A DNA stretch of 64,000 nt. Source: a virus. Of the stretch, positions 40,560-51,144 are shown one piece after another; within the stretch, counting starts at the first letter, position 1; every line of letters begins with the position of its first letter. Made by a program: the position numbers and the translations under genes. Below the pieces are notes generated by a model. That model saw only the letters and a list, made by a program, of their open reading frames with translations, made no database searches and was not told the origin of the DNA. Location: the IMG/VR virus record IMGVR_UViG_3300021197_001433, positions 5,384 through 69,383 of that record, one strand, 5' to 3'.

Positions 40560-43500
40560 TAGTAACCATATCCTCCACCGCCGCTGGAACCGCCGCTTGA
40601 TCCACTGCTACTTGAACTACTACTTGAACTGCTACTACTTGAACTACTTCCACCGCTACTGTAAGTGGTTGTGGAACTAGATGATACATTTGTAGATGTT
40701 GCTACTGCGGTGCTTGTACTGCCTGCACTTGCGCTTTCGCTTGCTAGACTAGTTGTGGTTGTGTTAACAACACTACCGTTTGCTTGCAGACTGTTTGCAG
40801 TGATAACATCAATAACTTCAATGTCATTTACTGTTGCTGCACTTATTAATATTTCATCACGCTGACTTTGAATCTGGAACAAACTACCAAAATTACTTGT
40901 TGCTAGTTTTGGAACAATTACTACACTTAGAACATCAGGTGATAATGAGTTGTAAAGATATGCTGCTAGTTCGCTGAAAAAGAAACTATCTCCAAAGTCC
41001 CAGTTGTTAACACTAAAGTAATTGTTAATTGCTGCAACTACACGTTCTTTGACTTCACTGTCACTAATAAGAGTGCTTGTATTTTTAACTACCTTAAATG
41101 TTGCTTGCAATTCTTCATCTGCCTTATTGCCAAATAGTGGTCTGTAACTAACACTGTTAAAGATAATAGTATCGCTTACACTCTTGTATTGTTCAAGTGA
41201 TCCAAATTGATCACGCAACTCGTTTGTTGTAGGCTTAACAGGTTTGCTAACAGTACCAGTGATGTCTGTGACATAGTTTCTATAATCTGTATCATACTGT
41301 CTTGTAAGCAAGAACAAATCAATAATGTTACTAGGACTAGGGTCAATACGTCTGTTATTAGGCGAGTTGTGAGTGTACTGAAATAGTAGATCACTGCGTC
41401 CTGTACGCTTTACATAATCTGTAGTCTCTGCTATACTTTTTACATTGCTACCACTGATGCTTAGTATATAAAACTTATTATCTGTGCTTGCATAAAATAC
41501 TTGTCCACTGCTAAACTGTGCAATTACTTCGTTAATTGCTGCTTGTGTAACATAACGCTGTTCAATGTCTGTTATTGTAACTGGAGTGTAGGTTAAATAG
41601 CCGCCTGTGCTTGTGCTAGTCTGATAAAACACTACTTTGGTTGTTGAGTTTGTGTCTGGAGCAACAATTATATCAAATACCTCAGGATTATCAACGACGC
41701 CATCGCTGTCAATGTCTGGGAATGTAACCTTAATTCTGTTTGTAAGTGTAAAACCGTCTGTCTCTGTAATAACATCATCAATTTGCATTGCATAATCAAC
41801 AGCAAGACTGTTTACGCTGTCTGGCAAACTATTAACTTTTAGAATATTAATTTTATCTCTGATTGTTTTGCCTGTGCGTGGATCAAATATCTTTAGGTTA
41901 TTATCAAAGTAAAAACGTGTTTCAAGTTTACTTTCAAATATATAACTGGTATCTCTAAAGTTTACTGTGTATGTACTGCCATCATTTGTAAACTTGAAAA
42001 ACCAACTGTTGTCCAAGTTTGTGTTTGTAGTATTGCCTGCATATGCTAAACTAAATGTAGTTGATTGATCTAGATCAAGTGCATTAATAATAGTCCATGC
42101 TTGTGTGTCTCTGTCATAGCGCAATCCAAAAGTTTTAAAGTCACCTATATAGTTGATTACATTATTTCTAACTTCAGCAGTAAGCGCAGTATTCCATGGA
42201 GCAATGACCTGATTAACAATTGCATTCTGAGGAATAATCTCACTGAGTGTAACAGGCCCTATGCCTGTATCTAAATTGCCCACACCCTGGTTAGTGCCGT
42301 CAGTTTCAATTGCACTTATACTTGCCCAAATGTAATCTCTGGTATTAATTGTGCCACTGGTGCCATCAATTAGATTGTTATTAATATCAAAAACTTTACC
42401 ACTTGGTGCAGTAAATTTTAGCAGTGCGCCAACTTTGGCATACTTTAAGTTACTTGTTGCAAACTCTCCTATTTTTAGTGGGCTATCAACATCATTTTTA
42501 AAGTAACCTGTACAGGTTCCGCTGCTACTTGTAGTTAGATTCCAAGTTGCATTAAGACTTGTAGTATCAATACCACCATAGTTTTTCAAGTAGAAATGCA
42601 GACTATCATTATCAATAATGTTTTTTTCTACTTGCTGTGCCACAATATTACTAATATCACTATCGGTTACGAAAGTAAACTGGAACTGTTGTAGATCTTC
42701 TGTGCGATAAATTATTCCATCTTCTGCTACAATATTTGTACTACTGTATTTGCCTGTTGTATCACGCACATCCAAGTAACGACTAATACCACTGGCAGTA
42801 CGGTTAATTGCTTTGCTCTTAAGAATGTTACTAAACTTTGTATAGGGAAGAACTTGATAGTCTTCACCAGTAATCATACGATCCTGTGTGTAGTACTGTT
42901 GCTGTGCTTTTAGTTTAATATCCCGCAGATTTTCTCTGCCGCTTGCATTTGCAACTGTGCTTTGTAAACTTAGGTTGACTGTTAAGTTTTCAATTTGGTT
43001 ACTGTGACTAATGTAAGGAATAACAATTTGCAGATTTTGCATATCATTAGGACTAATCTTATATGTTGTGCCTGCACCTGTGCGGAAATAAACACGGAAA
43101 TTACCTGTTGGGATATTACTGAAAACATCATCACCAAATACTAGACTAATTTGATCGTCTGCACGGCTGCGTACTGTAAACAAGTTTTTGTTGTTTACAC
43201 TTAAACTATTATAGATTACGTTATTGCCGCTGATAGCAGGTACTTTGTCCCAGCGTGTGGTTTCTCTGCCAGCGTCATCAAGTTGGTAAAGCCAAACATC
43301 GTTGTTGTCAATATTGTTGATGTCCAGTTCAACTGTGCGATTAGGTAGTTTCTCAGCAATGCTAAAGTCTGCACTCTGTAAGTTACCCTGTTTAAAGTAA
43401 AAGAAGAATCCGTTGTTTGCACTGTTAAAGCCTCTGTTATCATTGCGATAAAGAATGTTTGTTGTACTACCAGGTTGAGGTGCTACTTCATATAGGAAAT

Positions 43501-44167
43501 CTGTGCCACTGTATGTGCCTTTGACGATTTCAAATTCTAAATTTTGAGAGCCAACATCACTGCTAAAATCATAGATAGGCACAGTACCTGCATTTAATCT
43601 AATTTGATATTCCTCAATAGCAATTCCACCAACTGTGGTTCTAAGTGCAGGATTTCCATACTGTTGTGTGCTGACCATTGCTGCATTAAGGATAGTAGTA
43701 AACTGTTCTAAAAAGTCACTGTTACTTGGATCGCCCCAACTAATTTCAGTGTCTCTTAGGCTGTTTCCGTTGCTGTCTGTAATTGCTTCTGTTGTTTCAA
43801 CACTGTCTACTTTAAGTAAACCTCGAGCAATTTGTTGACGCTTTGGATAATAGTTTAGCATGCGAGCCAGGCGTAGTATGCTGTCTCTGCGTTCTGCTGT
43901 TTCTAAGAAATTTTCACGGGCGTTTAAATCTGCGCGGAAACTAAGGCTTTGCCCAAGAAACGCAATCATGTCGATTAGTGCAATATATTCACTGCTTTCA
44001 ATAAAATCGTTAAAATCTTCTGGGTAATAGTTACGCAAATAGTCAACCATACTTTTGCGTATGGTCTCATAATCGTAACTTTGAAAATCTGCTTCCCGGA
44101 AGGTCTCGTAAACTTTCTTCCAGTCTTCCGCAGCAAATAAGTTTGATTGTCTTGTACTAGCAGCCAT
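40559..44167 (-). CDS. gp6: Baseplate wedge subunit, gp6-like, with a Ser/Gly-rich tail
   Basis: DFNDFIESSE..IDMIAF..ENFLETAERRDSILRLARMLNY.PK; QDRMITGEDY. Confidence 0.85.
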   Translation of the reverse strand: MAASTRQSNLFAAEDWKKVYETFREADFQSYDYETIRKSMVDYLRNYYPEDFNDFIESSEYIALIDMIAFLGQSLSFRADLNARENFLETAERRDSILRLARMLNYYPKRQQIARGLLKVDSVETTEAITDSNGNSLRDTEISWGDPSNSDFLEQFTTILNAAMVSTQQYGNPALRTTVGGIAIEEYQIRLNAGTVPIYDFSSDVGSQNLEFEIVKGTYSGTDFLYEVAPQPGSTTNILYRNDNRGFNSANNGFFFYFKQGNLQSADFSIAEKLPNRTVELDINNIDNNDVWLYQLDDAGRETTRWDKVPAISGNNVIYNSLSVNNKNLFTVRSRADDQISLVFGDDVFSNIPTGNFRVYFRTGAGTTYKISPNDMQNLQIVIPYISHSNQIENLTVNLSLQSTVANASGRENLRDIKLKAQQQYYTQDRMITGEDYQVLPYTKFSNILKSKAINRTASGISRYLDVRDTTGKYSSTNIVAEDGIIYRTEDLQQFQFTFVTDSDISNIVAQQVEKNIIDNDSLHFYLKNYGGIDTTSLNATWNLTTSSSGTCTGYFKNDVDSPLKIGEFATSNLKYAKVGALLKFTAPSGKVFDINNNLIDGTSGTINTRDYIWASISAIETDGTNQGVGNLDTGIGPVTLSEIIPQNAIVNQVIAPWNTALTAEVRNNVINYIGDFKTFGLRYDRDTQAWTIINALDLDQSTTFSLAYAGNTTNTNLDNSWFFKFTNDGSTYTVNFRDTSYIFESKLETRFYFDNNLKIFDPRTGKTIRDKINILKVNSLPDSVNSLAVDYAMQIDDVITETDGFTLTNRIKVTFPDIDSDGVVDNPEVFDIIVAPDTNSTTKVVFYQTSTSTGGYLTYTPVTITDIEQRYVTQAAINEVIAQFSSGQVFYASTDNKFYILSISGSNVKSIAETTDYVKRTGRSDLLFQYTHNSPNNRRIDPSPSNIIDLFLLTRQYDTDYRNYVTDITGTVSKPVKPTTNELRDQFGSLEQYKSVSDTIIFNSVSYRPLFGNKADEELQATFKVVKNTSTLISDSEVKERVVAAINNYFSVNNWDFGDSFFFSELAAYLYNSLSPDVLSVVIVPKLATSNFGSLFQIQSQRDEILISAATVNDIEVIDVITANSLQANGSVVNTTTTSLASESASAGSTSTAVATSTNVSSSSTTTYSSGGSSSSSSSSSSSSSSSGSSGGSSGGGGYGY

Positions 44168-44221
44168 GTTTTAACATTCCTATTCTATTGCAGTATTTAT
44201 TTGCAGAATAAAGTATGTATA

Positions 44222-44599
44222 TTATTGTGTGCTTGTATCTGGTCTATCAAACTTTACCATTAGATTTTCTACTTCATTACTGACAACATATCGTAAACTC
44301 ATTTCAATTTGTAGTCCGTTTTCGTATTCATCTAATGTAATGCCTTCGCTGCGTACTCTAGGATCATTTTCAATCACTGCATTTACTTCTTGAATTACAA
44401 TTGCTTTGGTTTGTTCTGTTAGAGGATCCATAATTAAATCACGCAAACTAGTACCAAAGTTTCCGTTCATTAATTTTTCACCTTTGCGTATTGCAAAGTG
44501 GTTCAGTAAGTCTCGCTTAATGAGATCAGTGTCAGTTATCTTTGAACCACCAAAGTTGTTGTTAATAGTACTGAATCCTTTGTATACTGCTATAGCCAT
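44222..44599 (-). CDS. gp25: Baseplate wedge subunit gp25-like
   Basis: DLIKRDLLNHFAIRKGEKLMNGNFG..DPRV; ATG at 44599 downstream of a TAAATA box. Confidence 0.85.
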   Translation of the reverse strand: MAIAVYKGFSTINNNFGGSKITDTDLIKRDLLNHFAIRKGEKLMNGNFGTSLRDLIMDPLTEQTKAIVIQEVNAVIENDPRVRSEGITLDEYENGLQIEMSLRYVVSNEVENLMVKFDRPDTSTQ

Positions 44600-44606
44600 A
44601 ATGTAT

Positions 44607-47189
44607 TTACTTTCCTTGGTTATCAGCACCAGCATAGATTGCTAGTATCTGTTGTTCCAACTGCTTTTGTGCTTCAGGATTATCGAACATCTGTGCATGT
44701 AATGCAGCAATATTTGCATCAGATCCAGTTGATGCACGACTTTGAGGTTCACTTTTAAGTGGAACTTGTGAGGATCTTGATCCTGCAGCCCGCTTTGCTG
44801 CGGCAGCACCAGTTAGCATATTATTTTTTACACTGCTAAAAATGTCAGCACCTCCTGGTATGTTTGTTGTATTTTGTAGTACACCTTCGATCTCAGTAAA
44901 TCCTTCGCGAACTTTGGCGACAATCTCTGGACTTGCATTATTACTTGCTGTAAGTTGTGCTAGTATTTGTTCTTTACCATCTGTAAGTTTGATACCACCA
45001 TTGTTTACTAGTGTTTGATAGTCCTCTGCTACAATTGCTTGTTGCACACTTTCCTGTAATCCTGCATTGCCCAAGAACTTGTTTAAACTGTTTGCGCCGC
45101 CTTTGCCTGTCCAAACGTTGGTATCTGTTAATTGGTCATTAAACACTGCTTCTGGACGCACAAAACCTTGTTTTTGTAGTTGTCCCACGTTTACGCCAAA
45201 CTTTCCAACGCTTTTCGTTACACTGTCAACAAATGCTGGATTGTTTAAACTTCCTGCTTGTTTTACCACTGCAGCGTTAAGTGCTTGTGTATCAAAACTG
45301 TCCAATGCGCCAATACTAAACCCAGTATTAGTCTGTTGTACTATATCTGTAATTGGAAACTTGGATAATTGTGGACTGCTAAGTATAGACCCAAGTTGAT
45401 CCTGTGCCTGCGGAAGTACTTTATTAAACTCCGCAACTGCTCCTGGCAGTTTGTTTTGAAACTCTGCTACTGCTCCCGGAAGTTGTGCTTGCATTTCGCT
45501 TGCCATGCCTGTAATCTTACCATTAATGTCTTTGGTAAAAGAATTCAAATCAGGACTTACACCACCAAATGCACTTGGATCAACTGGCAAATCACTTACT
45601 ATACTACCAATATTGCTTGGAATTAACGATCCGCCTGTGCCACCAAATGCTAATTCATCTGGCAACCCTACATCTCCTACTCCAACTGATTTAATTATGT
45701 CTGGACTTATTGCACTAGTAAGTGCTGGACTAACAATACCATATCCACCTGCAGGCCCACCGCTTGCTCCTGCTAGTCCACCACTAAAAGGTGTACTAGT
45801 ATTTGTTGTTCCATGCCCTATAAATGGCTCGTGCATTGTAAGTCTATCAACACTGGTACTAAGCATTTGTTCTTCATCTAGTATAAACTGATTCTGTGCT
45901 TCATCATAGGTTGTATCTTCTTTTTGTCCAGCACTAATTTTTTTTGCTTGTTTTGCTTTTGTCTTTGGACCTTGTAGCAATACTAGACTACCTGCAACAC
46001 TAATGTTGCCACCTGCGTTGTAGTAACTTGCACCTCCGCTTGACGCAAATAGTTCACTGTCTGTGTGCAAGTGTAAATTCTTTTTGCCGTTAATACCTAG
46101 TTCACCATCACTTTGAACAGTAAGTTCTTTTTTGCCTTCCAGTGCAAGTTGTTGTTCACTTACTATTTGTGTGTAGCCTTTGCTGTGAAACTTTATGTTT
46201 TCATCAGCATGAAAGTTAATATTTTTGCTGCGGAAATTTATACTATCCTGTGCATACACATCCATAGTACCTGTATTGCTTAGTTCTATCCAGGTACTGC
46301 CTATACTATTGCCAATATAGATAACACCCTCAGTGTCGTTAAGCAGAATTTGATGACCAGTACTTGTGCGAAAACGTATTTGATTACTGTTGCCATCAAT
46401 ATCGCCATCGTCCAGCGTAATGCTGTGTCCTTTACGTCTAGCATAGGGTGCTAGTAATCCCTCAACAATATCTTTACTTGCTGTGTCCGGATTTTTTACT
46501 GCTGCAGCATTTGCTGTGAGAAAATCCTGTCCATTGCCATCTATTCTACGTCCTTTACTGCTAATACCTATAAGTTCACTAGGTGATTCGCGCATGTATC
46601 CACTGTTGTTAATACCACGCACAGTATCACCAAGCAGTCCTTGTTGACGCAGATAATTCTGTGTAAAGAAATCCACTGGTCTTGGTTGTTTTTTAAAGTT
46701 TGTTACTTTTTTACTGCTTTTGTCTCCTTTGGGATTATCATTAAACTCTCCACCAGGATCGCCGTCCACTGTTAATGTTGCTTCAGGAACAGTTTGTAAC
46801 ATAAATGTGTCAGGTACACATGCAAAATAAAACCCTTCAGCGTTGCGACCTTCTGGAAAGAAACACAGTACTTTTGTACCTAGATCAGGCGGTGGTGTTA
46901 CAAATCCACTGCTAACTTTAGTGCTATAATAACTATCTTGAGGACCTTGATTATCTACTCTACTGTAAAAAGGCGTGCAATATCGCACAGTACGCCACTG
47001 TGACTTAGTAGCAGGATTTGTGCTAAAAGTAGGTATGAACACTTGGATAACACCCATGTGTGCTCCATGTACGTTTGCTTTAACAATGCCTGTAACAATA
47101 CCACGTTCTTCTCGAACACCAGTTACGTTTGCAGTATTGTATTGAGGATCACCGCCTCGTTTTCCTGTTCTTGTAATATCTGTAGCCAT
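44607..47189 (-). CDS. Baseplate hub/spike protein, gp5/VgrG-like
   Basis: OB-fold-like PPPDLGTKVLCFF, then GHSITLDD..RTSTGHQILLND beta-helix repeats; long C-terminal extension. Confidence 0.7.
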   Translation of the reverse strand: MATDITRTGKRGGDPQYNTANVTGVREERGIVTGIVKANVHGAHMGVIQVFIPTFSTNPATKSQWRTVRYCTPFYSRVDNQGPQDSYYSTKVSSGFVTPPPDLGTKVLCFFPEGRNAEGFYFACVPDTFMLQTVPEATLTVDGDPGGEFNDNPKGDKSSKKVTNFKKQPRPVDFFTQNYLRQQGLLGDTVRGINNSGYMRESPSELIGISSKGRRIDGNGQDFLTANAAAVKNPDTASKDIVEGLLAPYARRKGHSITLDDGDIDGNSNQIRFRTSTGHQILLNDTEGVIYIGNSIGSTWIELSNTGTMDVYAQDSINFRSKNINFHADENIKFHSKGYTQIVSEQQLALEGKKELTVQSDGELGINGKKNLHLHTDSELFASSGGASYYNAGGNISVAGSLVLLQGPKTKAKQAKKISAGQKEDTTYDEAQNQFILDEEQMLSTSVDRLTMHEPFIGHGTTNTSTPFSGGLAGASGGPAGGYGIVSPALTSAISPDIIKSVGVGDVGLPDELAFGGTGGSLIPSNIGSIVSDLPVDPSAFGGVSPDLNSFTKDINGKITGMASEMQAQLPGAVAEFQNKLPGAVAEFNKVLPQAQDQLGSILSSPQLSKFPITDIVQQTNTGFSIGALDSFDTQALNAAVVKQAGSLNNPAFVDSVTKSVGKFGVNVGQLQKQGFVRPEAVFNDQLTDTNVWTGKGGANSLNKFLGNAGLQESVQQAIVAEDYQTLVNNGGIKLTDGKEQILAQLTASNNASPEIVAKVREGFTEIEGVLQNTTNIPGGADIFSSVKNNMLTGAAAAKRAAGSRSSQVPLKSEPQSRASTGSDANIAALHAQMFDNPEAQKQLEQQILAIYAGADNQGK

Positions 47190-47192
47190 TGA

Positions 47193-49922
47193 TTATACTG
47201 TCCCAATATATCTGGTTGCCCATGCTTCACTTTGGCTTGCTGGGTTATCTTGAATTGTTTCTATACTTTGATCTTCGCCTCTAGCGATTTCTGCTGTTCT
47301 TTCATTGTTTACACTAGGACTTGTATAAGGTGTATCCTCATAGTCAAAAAAGTCTAAACTGCTTGTATCCACTAGCGGATTTACTACTGTTGCGCCACCT
47401 GCATCAGTGCTAGGTTTGTTGCCACTGCGTCTAACACGGTTATTAATCTCAAAGTCACCATCTTCTACTTCATCACTAGCACGGACGGTGGATGTTTGAA
47501 CTCCTGTTTTTGTTAAACCACCTTTACTAGGTTGCAATTTAGCTCTGAATCCTTCAAGTCTTTGTTGGAATACACCGCCACTGAAAGTGCTGTCAACACT
47601 TGTAACTTGATATACTCCACTAAAACTACTGTTACCATATCTACTAGGATTTGCAAGTCCACTTGTTTCATCATAGTCCACTGGTGTTCTAAGATTAACT
47701 TGAATATAGGGAGGTGTCAAGTTATAATTTATAGTTCCGTCAGGCATAAATGGTTCTGTATATTGTTCTCCTTGACGAACTCTATCTTGCCAGTATGCAT
47801 CGCTAGTGGGAATAAAGGCAGGATCACCAACAATTTGCAATCCAAGATCAATCATATCAACACCATCACTCATAACACTACTAAACAAGTCCTTTGATCT
47901 TGCACGTTTAACATTATCCTGGCTGTTTATTGTATTGCCCTCTATACTCTGTGGAAGTTCTTTTACCATAGTACCTCCCAGTGTTTCATCTGCAGTGTTA
48001 ATACCAAAAGGTTTTCCTGTGCCTGCAGTCATTACTTGAATGAACGCAGTTCTAAACTTCATATCAAAATCCAATACTTCTGTGTTTGCACCGCTAAAAA
48101 TGTAATCATATTCTTTGTGTACACCTATACCTGTAGGTTTACTTTTTTTAGCCCAGGGAAAATCTTCATAATAAATTTTATTTGGTTCCACAGCAAAATT
48201 CACAAGATACTTGTATCTCCCATCTTTATTATCCATGCCGCCGCCAGGACTATCTGCACTTTCAATAATAGGTCTTACTTTAAACCAGTCAATTCCACTA
48301 CTGTCATTTACATCAGGACTTGGATTATCTACAATATTTTTATCCATATAGTCACTGTGTAGTATTACAAGATTAAGCAGTTTTGTAATATCTGTACCTG
48401 CGTTTATTTTAAATGTTTGTGTTTCTTTATCAAGCGTAATGCCCTGTGCAATACCTCTTACATACGCATCAAACTGTTTTTTATCGCCCTTGCTTTTTTC
48501 TTTTTCTTTGCCTTCTTCTGTGGGTGCAGGAGTATTAAGTGCATCATATAGATCAGTTAAATTAAGTTTGGCATTTGCTATATTCGCTGCAATAGTAAAC
48601 TTGTAAGTATCATGTTTTTCTGCTGCTGGTGGAATCTCTTTTTCAGTGACTTCATTATTTTTTTCTACTAGTGCTTTGGATGGTTTTGTACGTTTACGTT
48701 GATGGTTAGTAAGCACTTCACCTAGGTTTGCTGATTTTGTTTTTTGTGTAGTTTTTACAACCCTTTCTCGGGTAGTAGTCTCTTGAGCTCTTATTCTCTC
48801 TGTAACAGTGGACTTTACTGTCTCTTCAACCATAACACCAGCACTAAAAATGTCTCCAACTGTTGTTGCTTTAAGTTCTACGTTAAAGGGTATAATACTC
48901 TGTATACTACCCATTGTATGATTAGCAAATGGGATTGCCTGACATTTGTATTGAGTGCCGCTGCTAGTGACATCAAAACTCATATCAGTCAATCTAATAG
49001 GAATATACTTTGGTGTGCTAGGTGCCCCCATGGGTTGCCCATTTTCATCATACCCTTTAAATTTTATTTCCAATAGATAAGGAGCATGTATATACTTTTC
49101 CCTAGTGCTTGCTAGTACACCACCGGCTGCACGTTGTAGTCTTTCCAATAGCGTAACACCACGTGGTTCTGTAATAGTAAAACGTATATCAGTTGCGTTT
49201 GTATTGGACTTAAACCTACTTGGACCAACAGCAACATTAGAGATTTCTAAATCATCAATAAAGAAATCATTACTAAAGTCTGTACCGCCTCCCTCTGTGC
49301 CAACTCCGCCACTACGCATAAGCAAATAACTAGCAGGTGGTCTAAGTGCATCCTGTGGAGTTCTAGGTTGACTAAGAAGGTTTACATAACTTTTACTATT
49401 CATCAAATAAAGTGCAATATTGTATGTGTAACTTGTAAATTTATTAAGTTCATTTGTTATAGGATTAATTTGTATCTTACTTAAATCCTGCGTAAACGGG
49501 CCATTGTTTAGTGCCTTGACGCTGCTACTTTGACCAATTTTTGTTCGTATCCTTGCACTTTCATTTAGACCAATTGGAGGACCTGTGTCACTGCCGTCTG
49601 TGGTAGCAAGGAAATTGGTATATTTTCCATCATCATACTCATCATCCATGCCATAGACTTCTTCGGGTGCTATTGCATTAGTAATACTGCCGAATCCTGC
49701 CTCAGCACGATCTGAAGTCCGGGGGGTTCTGCCTGGGGAAACTTGTATTCTTACTAAATTTCCAGCAGCGTCTTGTATAACGTCAACATCTCCCGGTGCC
49801 ACTGCAGGCACAGTAAGTGGTTCTTCTACTGAGATCGTAGGATTCTGTTGAGGAGGCTCATAAAGTGAAAAGTCCTCTGGTGCTGGATTGTTTAACTTGT
49901 TTTTATAGTGCGGACTAGGCAT
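47193..49922 (-). CDS. Baseplate hub/tail protein (gp27-like position)
   Basis: SYTYNIAL, FTITEPRG, IVGDP, FSGVYQVTSVDSTFSGGVFQQ; lies between the gp53-like and gp5-like genes. Confidence 0.6.
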   Translation of the reverse strand: MPSPHYKNKLNNPAPEDFSLYEPPQQNPTISVEEPLTVPAVAPGDVDVIQDAAGNLVRIQVSPGRTPRTSDRAEAGFGSITNAIAPEEVYGMDDEYDDGKYTNFLATTDGSDTGPPIGLNESARIRTKIGQSSSVKALNNGPFTQDLSKIQINPITNELNKFTSYTYNIALYLMNSKSYVNLLSQPRTPQDALRPPASYLLMRSGGVGTEGGGTDFSNDFFIDDLEISNVAVGPSRFKSNTNATDIRFTITEPRGVTLLERLQRAAGGVLASTREKYIHAPYLLEIKFKGYDENGQPMGAPSTPKYIPIRLTDMSFDVTSSGTQYKCQAIPFANHTMGSIQSIIPFNVELKATTVGDIFSAGVMVEETVKSTVTERIRAQETTTRERVVKTTQKTKSANLGEVLTNHQRKRTKPSKALVEKNNEVTEKEIPPAAEKHDTYKFTIAANIANAKLNLTDLYDALNTPAPTEEGKEKEKSKGDKKQFDAYVRGIAQGITLDKETQTFKINAGTDITKLLNLVILHSDYMDKNIVDNPSPDVNDSSGIDWFKVRPIIESADSPGGGMDNKDGRYKYLVNFAVEPNKIYYEDFPWAKKSKPTGIGVHKEYDYIFSGANTEVLDFDMKFRTAFIQVMTAGTGKPFGINTADETLGGTMVKELPQSIEGNTINSQDNVKRARSKDLFSSVMSDGVDMIDLGLQIVGDPAFIPTSDAYWQDRVRQGEQYTEPFMPDGTINYNLTPPYIQVNLRTPVDYDETSGLANPSRYGNSSFSGVYQVTSVDSTFSGGVFQQRLEGFRAKLQPSKGGLTKTGVQTSTVRASDEVEDGDFEINNRVRRSGNKPSTDAGGATVVNPLVDTSSLDFFDYEDTPYTSPSVNNERTAEIARGEDQSIETIQDNPASQSEAWATRYIGTV

Positions 49923-49923
49923 A

Positions 49924-50223
49924 TTAGATTCCTAATGCTGTTTCGACTGTATCCTTTTTGGGAATGTAAAACTTCTTTCCTGCACGAAAATCCCAGACAG
50001 GATCTTCAAATGCATTTGGATTACGAGCCATAAACACCCACCATAGATTACTATTGCCATACAAGTCAAAAGCAAGTAGGTCAGGTCTGTTTTGATGCAC
50101 TAGTGTAAGTGTATGTAGTACATCGTCTCTGAAAGGAGGAATACGTCGTGGACTAAGCACATCCAAGTAGTAACTGTATTGATTGGTATTAGCATAGGGA
50201 CTATCACTATTGTATTCAGCCAT
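49924..50223 (-). CDS. gp53: Baseplate wedge protein gp53-like (LysM-like)
   Basis: RPDLLAFDLYGNSNLWWVF..N motif. Confidence 0.8.
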   Translation of the reverse strand: MAEYNSDSPYANTNQYSYYLDVLSPRRIPPFRDDVLHTLTLVHQNRPDLLAFDLYGNSNLWWVFMARNPNAFEDPVWDFRAGKKFYIPKKDTVETALGI

Positions 50224-51065
50224 TAAATAAATCCTCCACCTTTGCCTGGATTACCAATTAGTCCGCCTTTGCTAAACTTATCCAAACTAAAGTTTCCAAT
50301 TTGATTTTTACTGTAGATAGGCAATAGACTAATTGTCATATTCATATAACTTGGTATCATAGTTTTAGTTGCAGTATCAGGACTGCTTGCAAGAGGAACT
50401 TCAATATAGTCTCTGTCTGCTGGCATAATTTCTGTAAAGTTTGTAATTACAACAGGTATACTGTTGTAGTTAAACGGACCATATCCACTTAGTCTTAGAA
50501 CTGGTGGCGGTGTGCCTCGTAACTGATCTGCTCCGTAGAACATTTTATAGGCACTGCGGAAAAAATGTAGTACAGCGAAAACATAACGTGCTTCATCTGC
50601 GTTAGTTGCTGTAAAATATCCATCAATATTAATTGTATCCACGCTACTAGCATTGTAACTGTGTTGAATATAGTTACTGTGTGTTGGATGCGCTCCTGCG
50701 TATTGCGCACTGTGACTAACACTTACTGTGGGTGTATAGGGAAAAAGCACGCCATCTGTGTCAAGCAGTGGCTCCAGCAATTTATTTTTTGCGTCTTTAT
50801 ACAAGTAATTTCCACTACTAGGACTCATACTAAGTCTAACACGGATATCACCGTCTCTGAACACAGTAGCAGCAACATCACTAAATCCAGGAATGTTCTC
50901 ACCTGCAAAATTTAATCCTGCTTGGATAAGTCTATTACCACTGCTATCTAGTAGATTGCGACCAATTTTACTAAGTGGATCATTACCTGGAAGAGCCCTT
51001 CCACTAGCATCACTTACAAATTGCTGTGCTTTTCGCTTAAAGATACTACCTAAATTAAACGCCAT
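50223..51065 (-). CDS. Baseplate/tail-tube initiator protein (gp48/gp54-like)
   Basis: FPYTP, HSNY, GTPPPVLRLSGYG..PVVITNF; first gene of the baseplate operon. Confidence 0.6.
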   Translation of the reverse strand: MAFNLGSIFKRKAQQFVSDASGRALPGNDPLSKIGRNLLDSSGNRLIQAGLNFAGENIPGFSDVAATVFRDGDIRVRLSMSPSSGNYLYKDAKNKLLEPLLDTDGVLFPYTPTVSVSHSAQYAGAHPTHSNYIQHSYNASSVDTINIDGYFTATNADEARYVFAVLHFFRSAYKMFYGADQLRGTPPPVLRLSGYGPFNYNSIPVVITNFTEIMPADRDYIEVPLASSPDTATKTMIPSYMNMTISLLPIYSKNQIGNFSLDKFSKGGLIGNPGKGGGFI

Positions 51066-51088
51066 TTATCAAATCCTTGTTTTTTTAC

Positions 51089-51117
51089 TTGATAAGTATA
51101 TTTATAGGCTGTATAAT
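51089..51117 (+). promoter_or_regulatory. Sigma70-type promoter for the late sigma gene
   Basis: TTGATA (51089-51094), 17 nt, TATAAT (51112-51117). Confidence 0.7.
51099..51106 (-). promoter_or_regulatory. T4-type late promoter TATAAATA for the baseplate operon
   Basis: Exact TATAAATA on the minus strand, ~34 nt upstream of the ATG at 51065. Confidence 0.7.
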
Positions 51118-51144
51118 ATACGCATATAAAAGGAATCACATTAA

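Noticed and set aside
22028-49329. Numerous 60-170 aa + strand ORFs opposite the structural genes
   Set aside because: Antisense shadows caused by codon bias of the long minus-strand genes; no motifs or RBS
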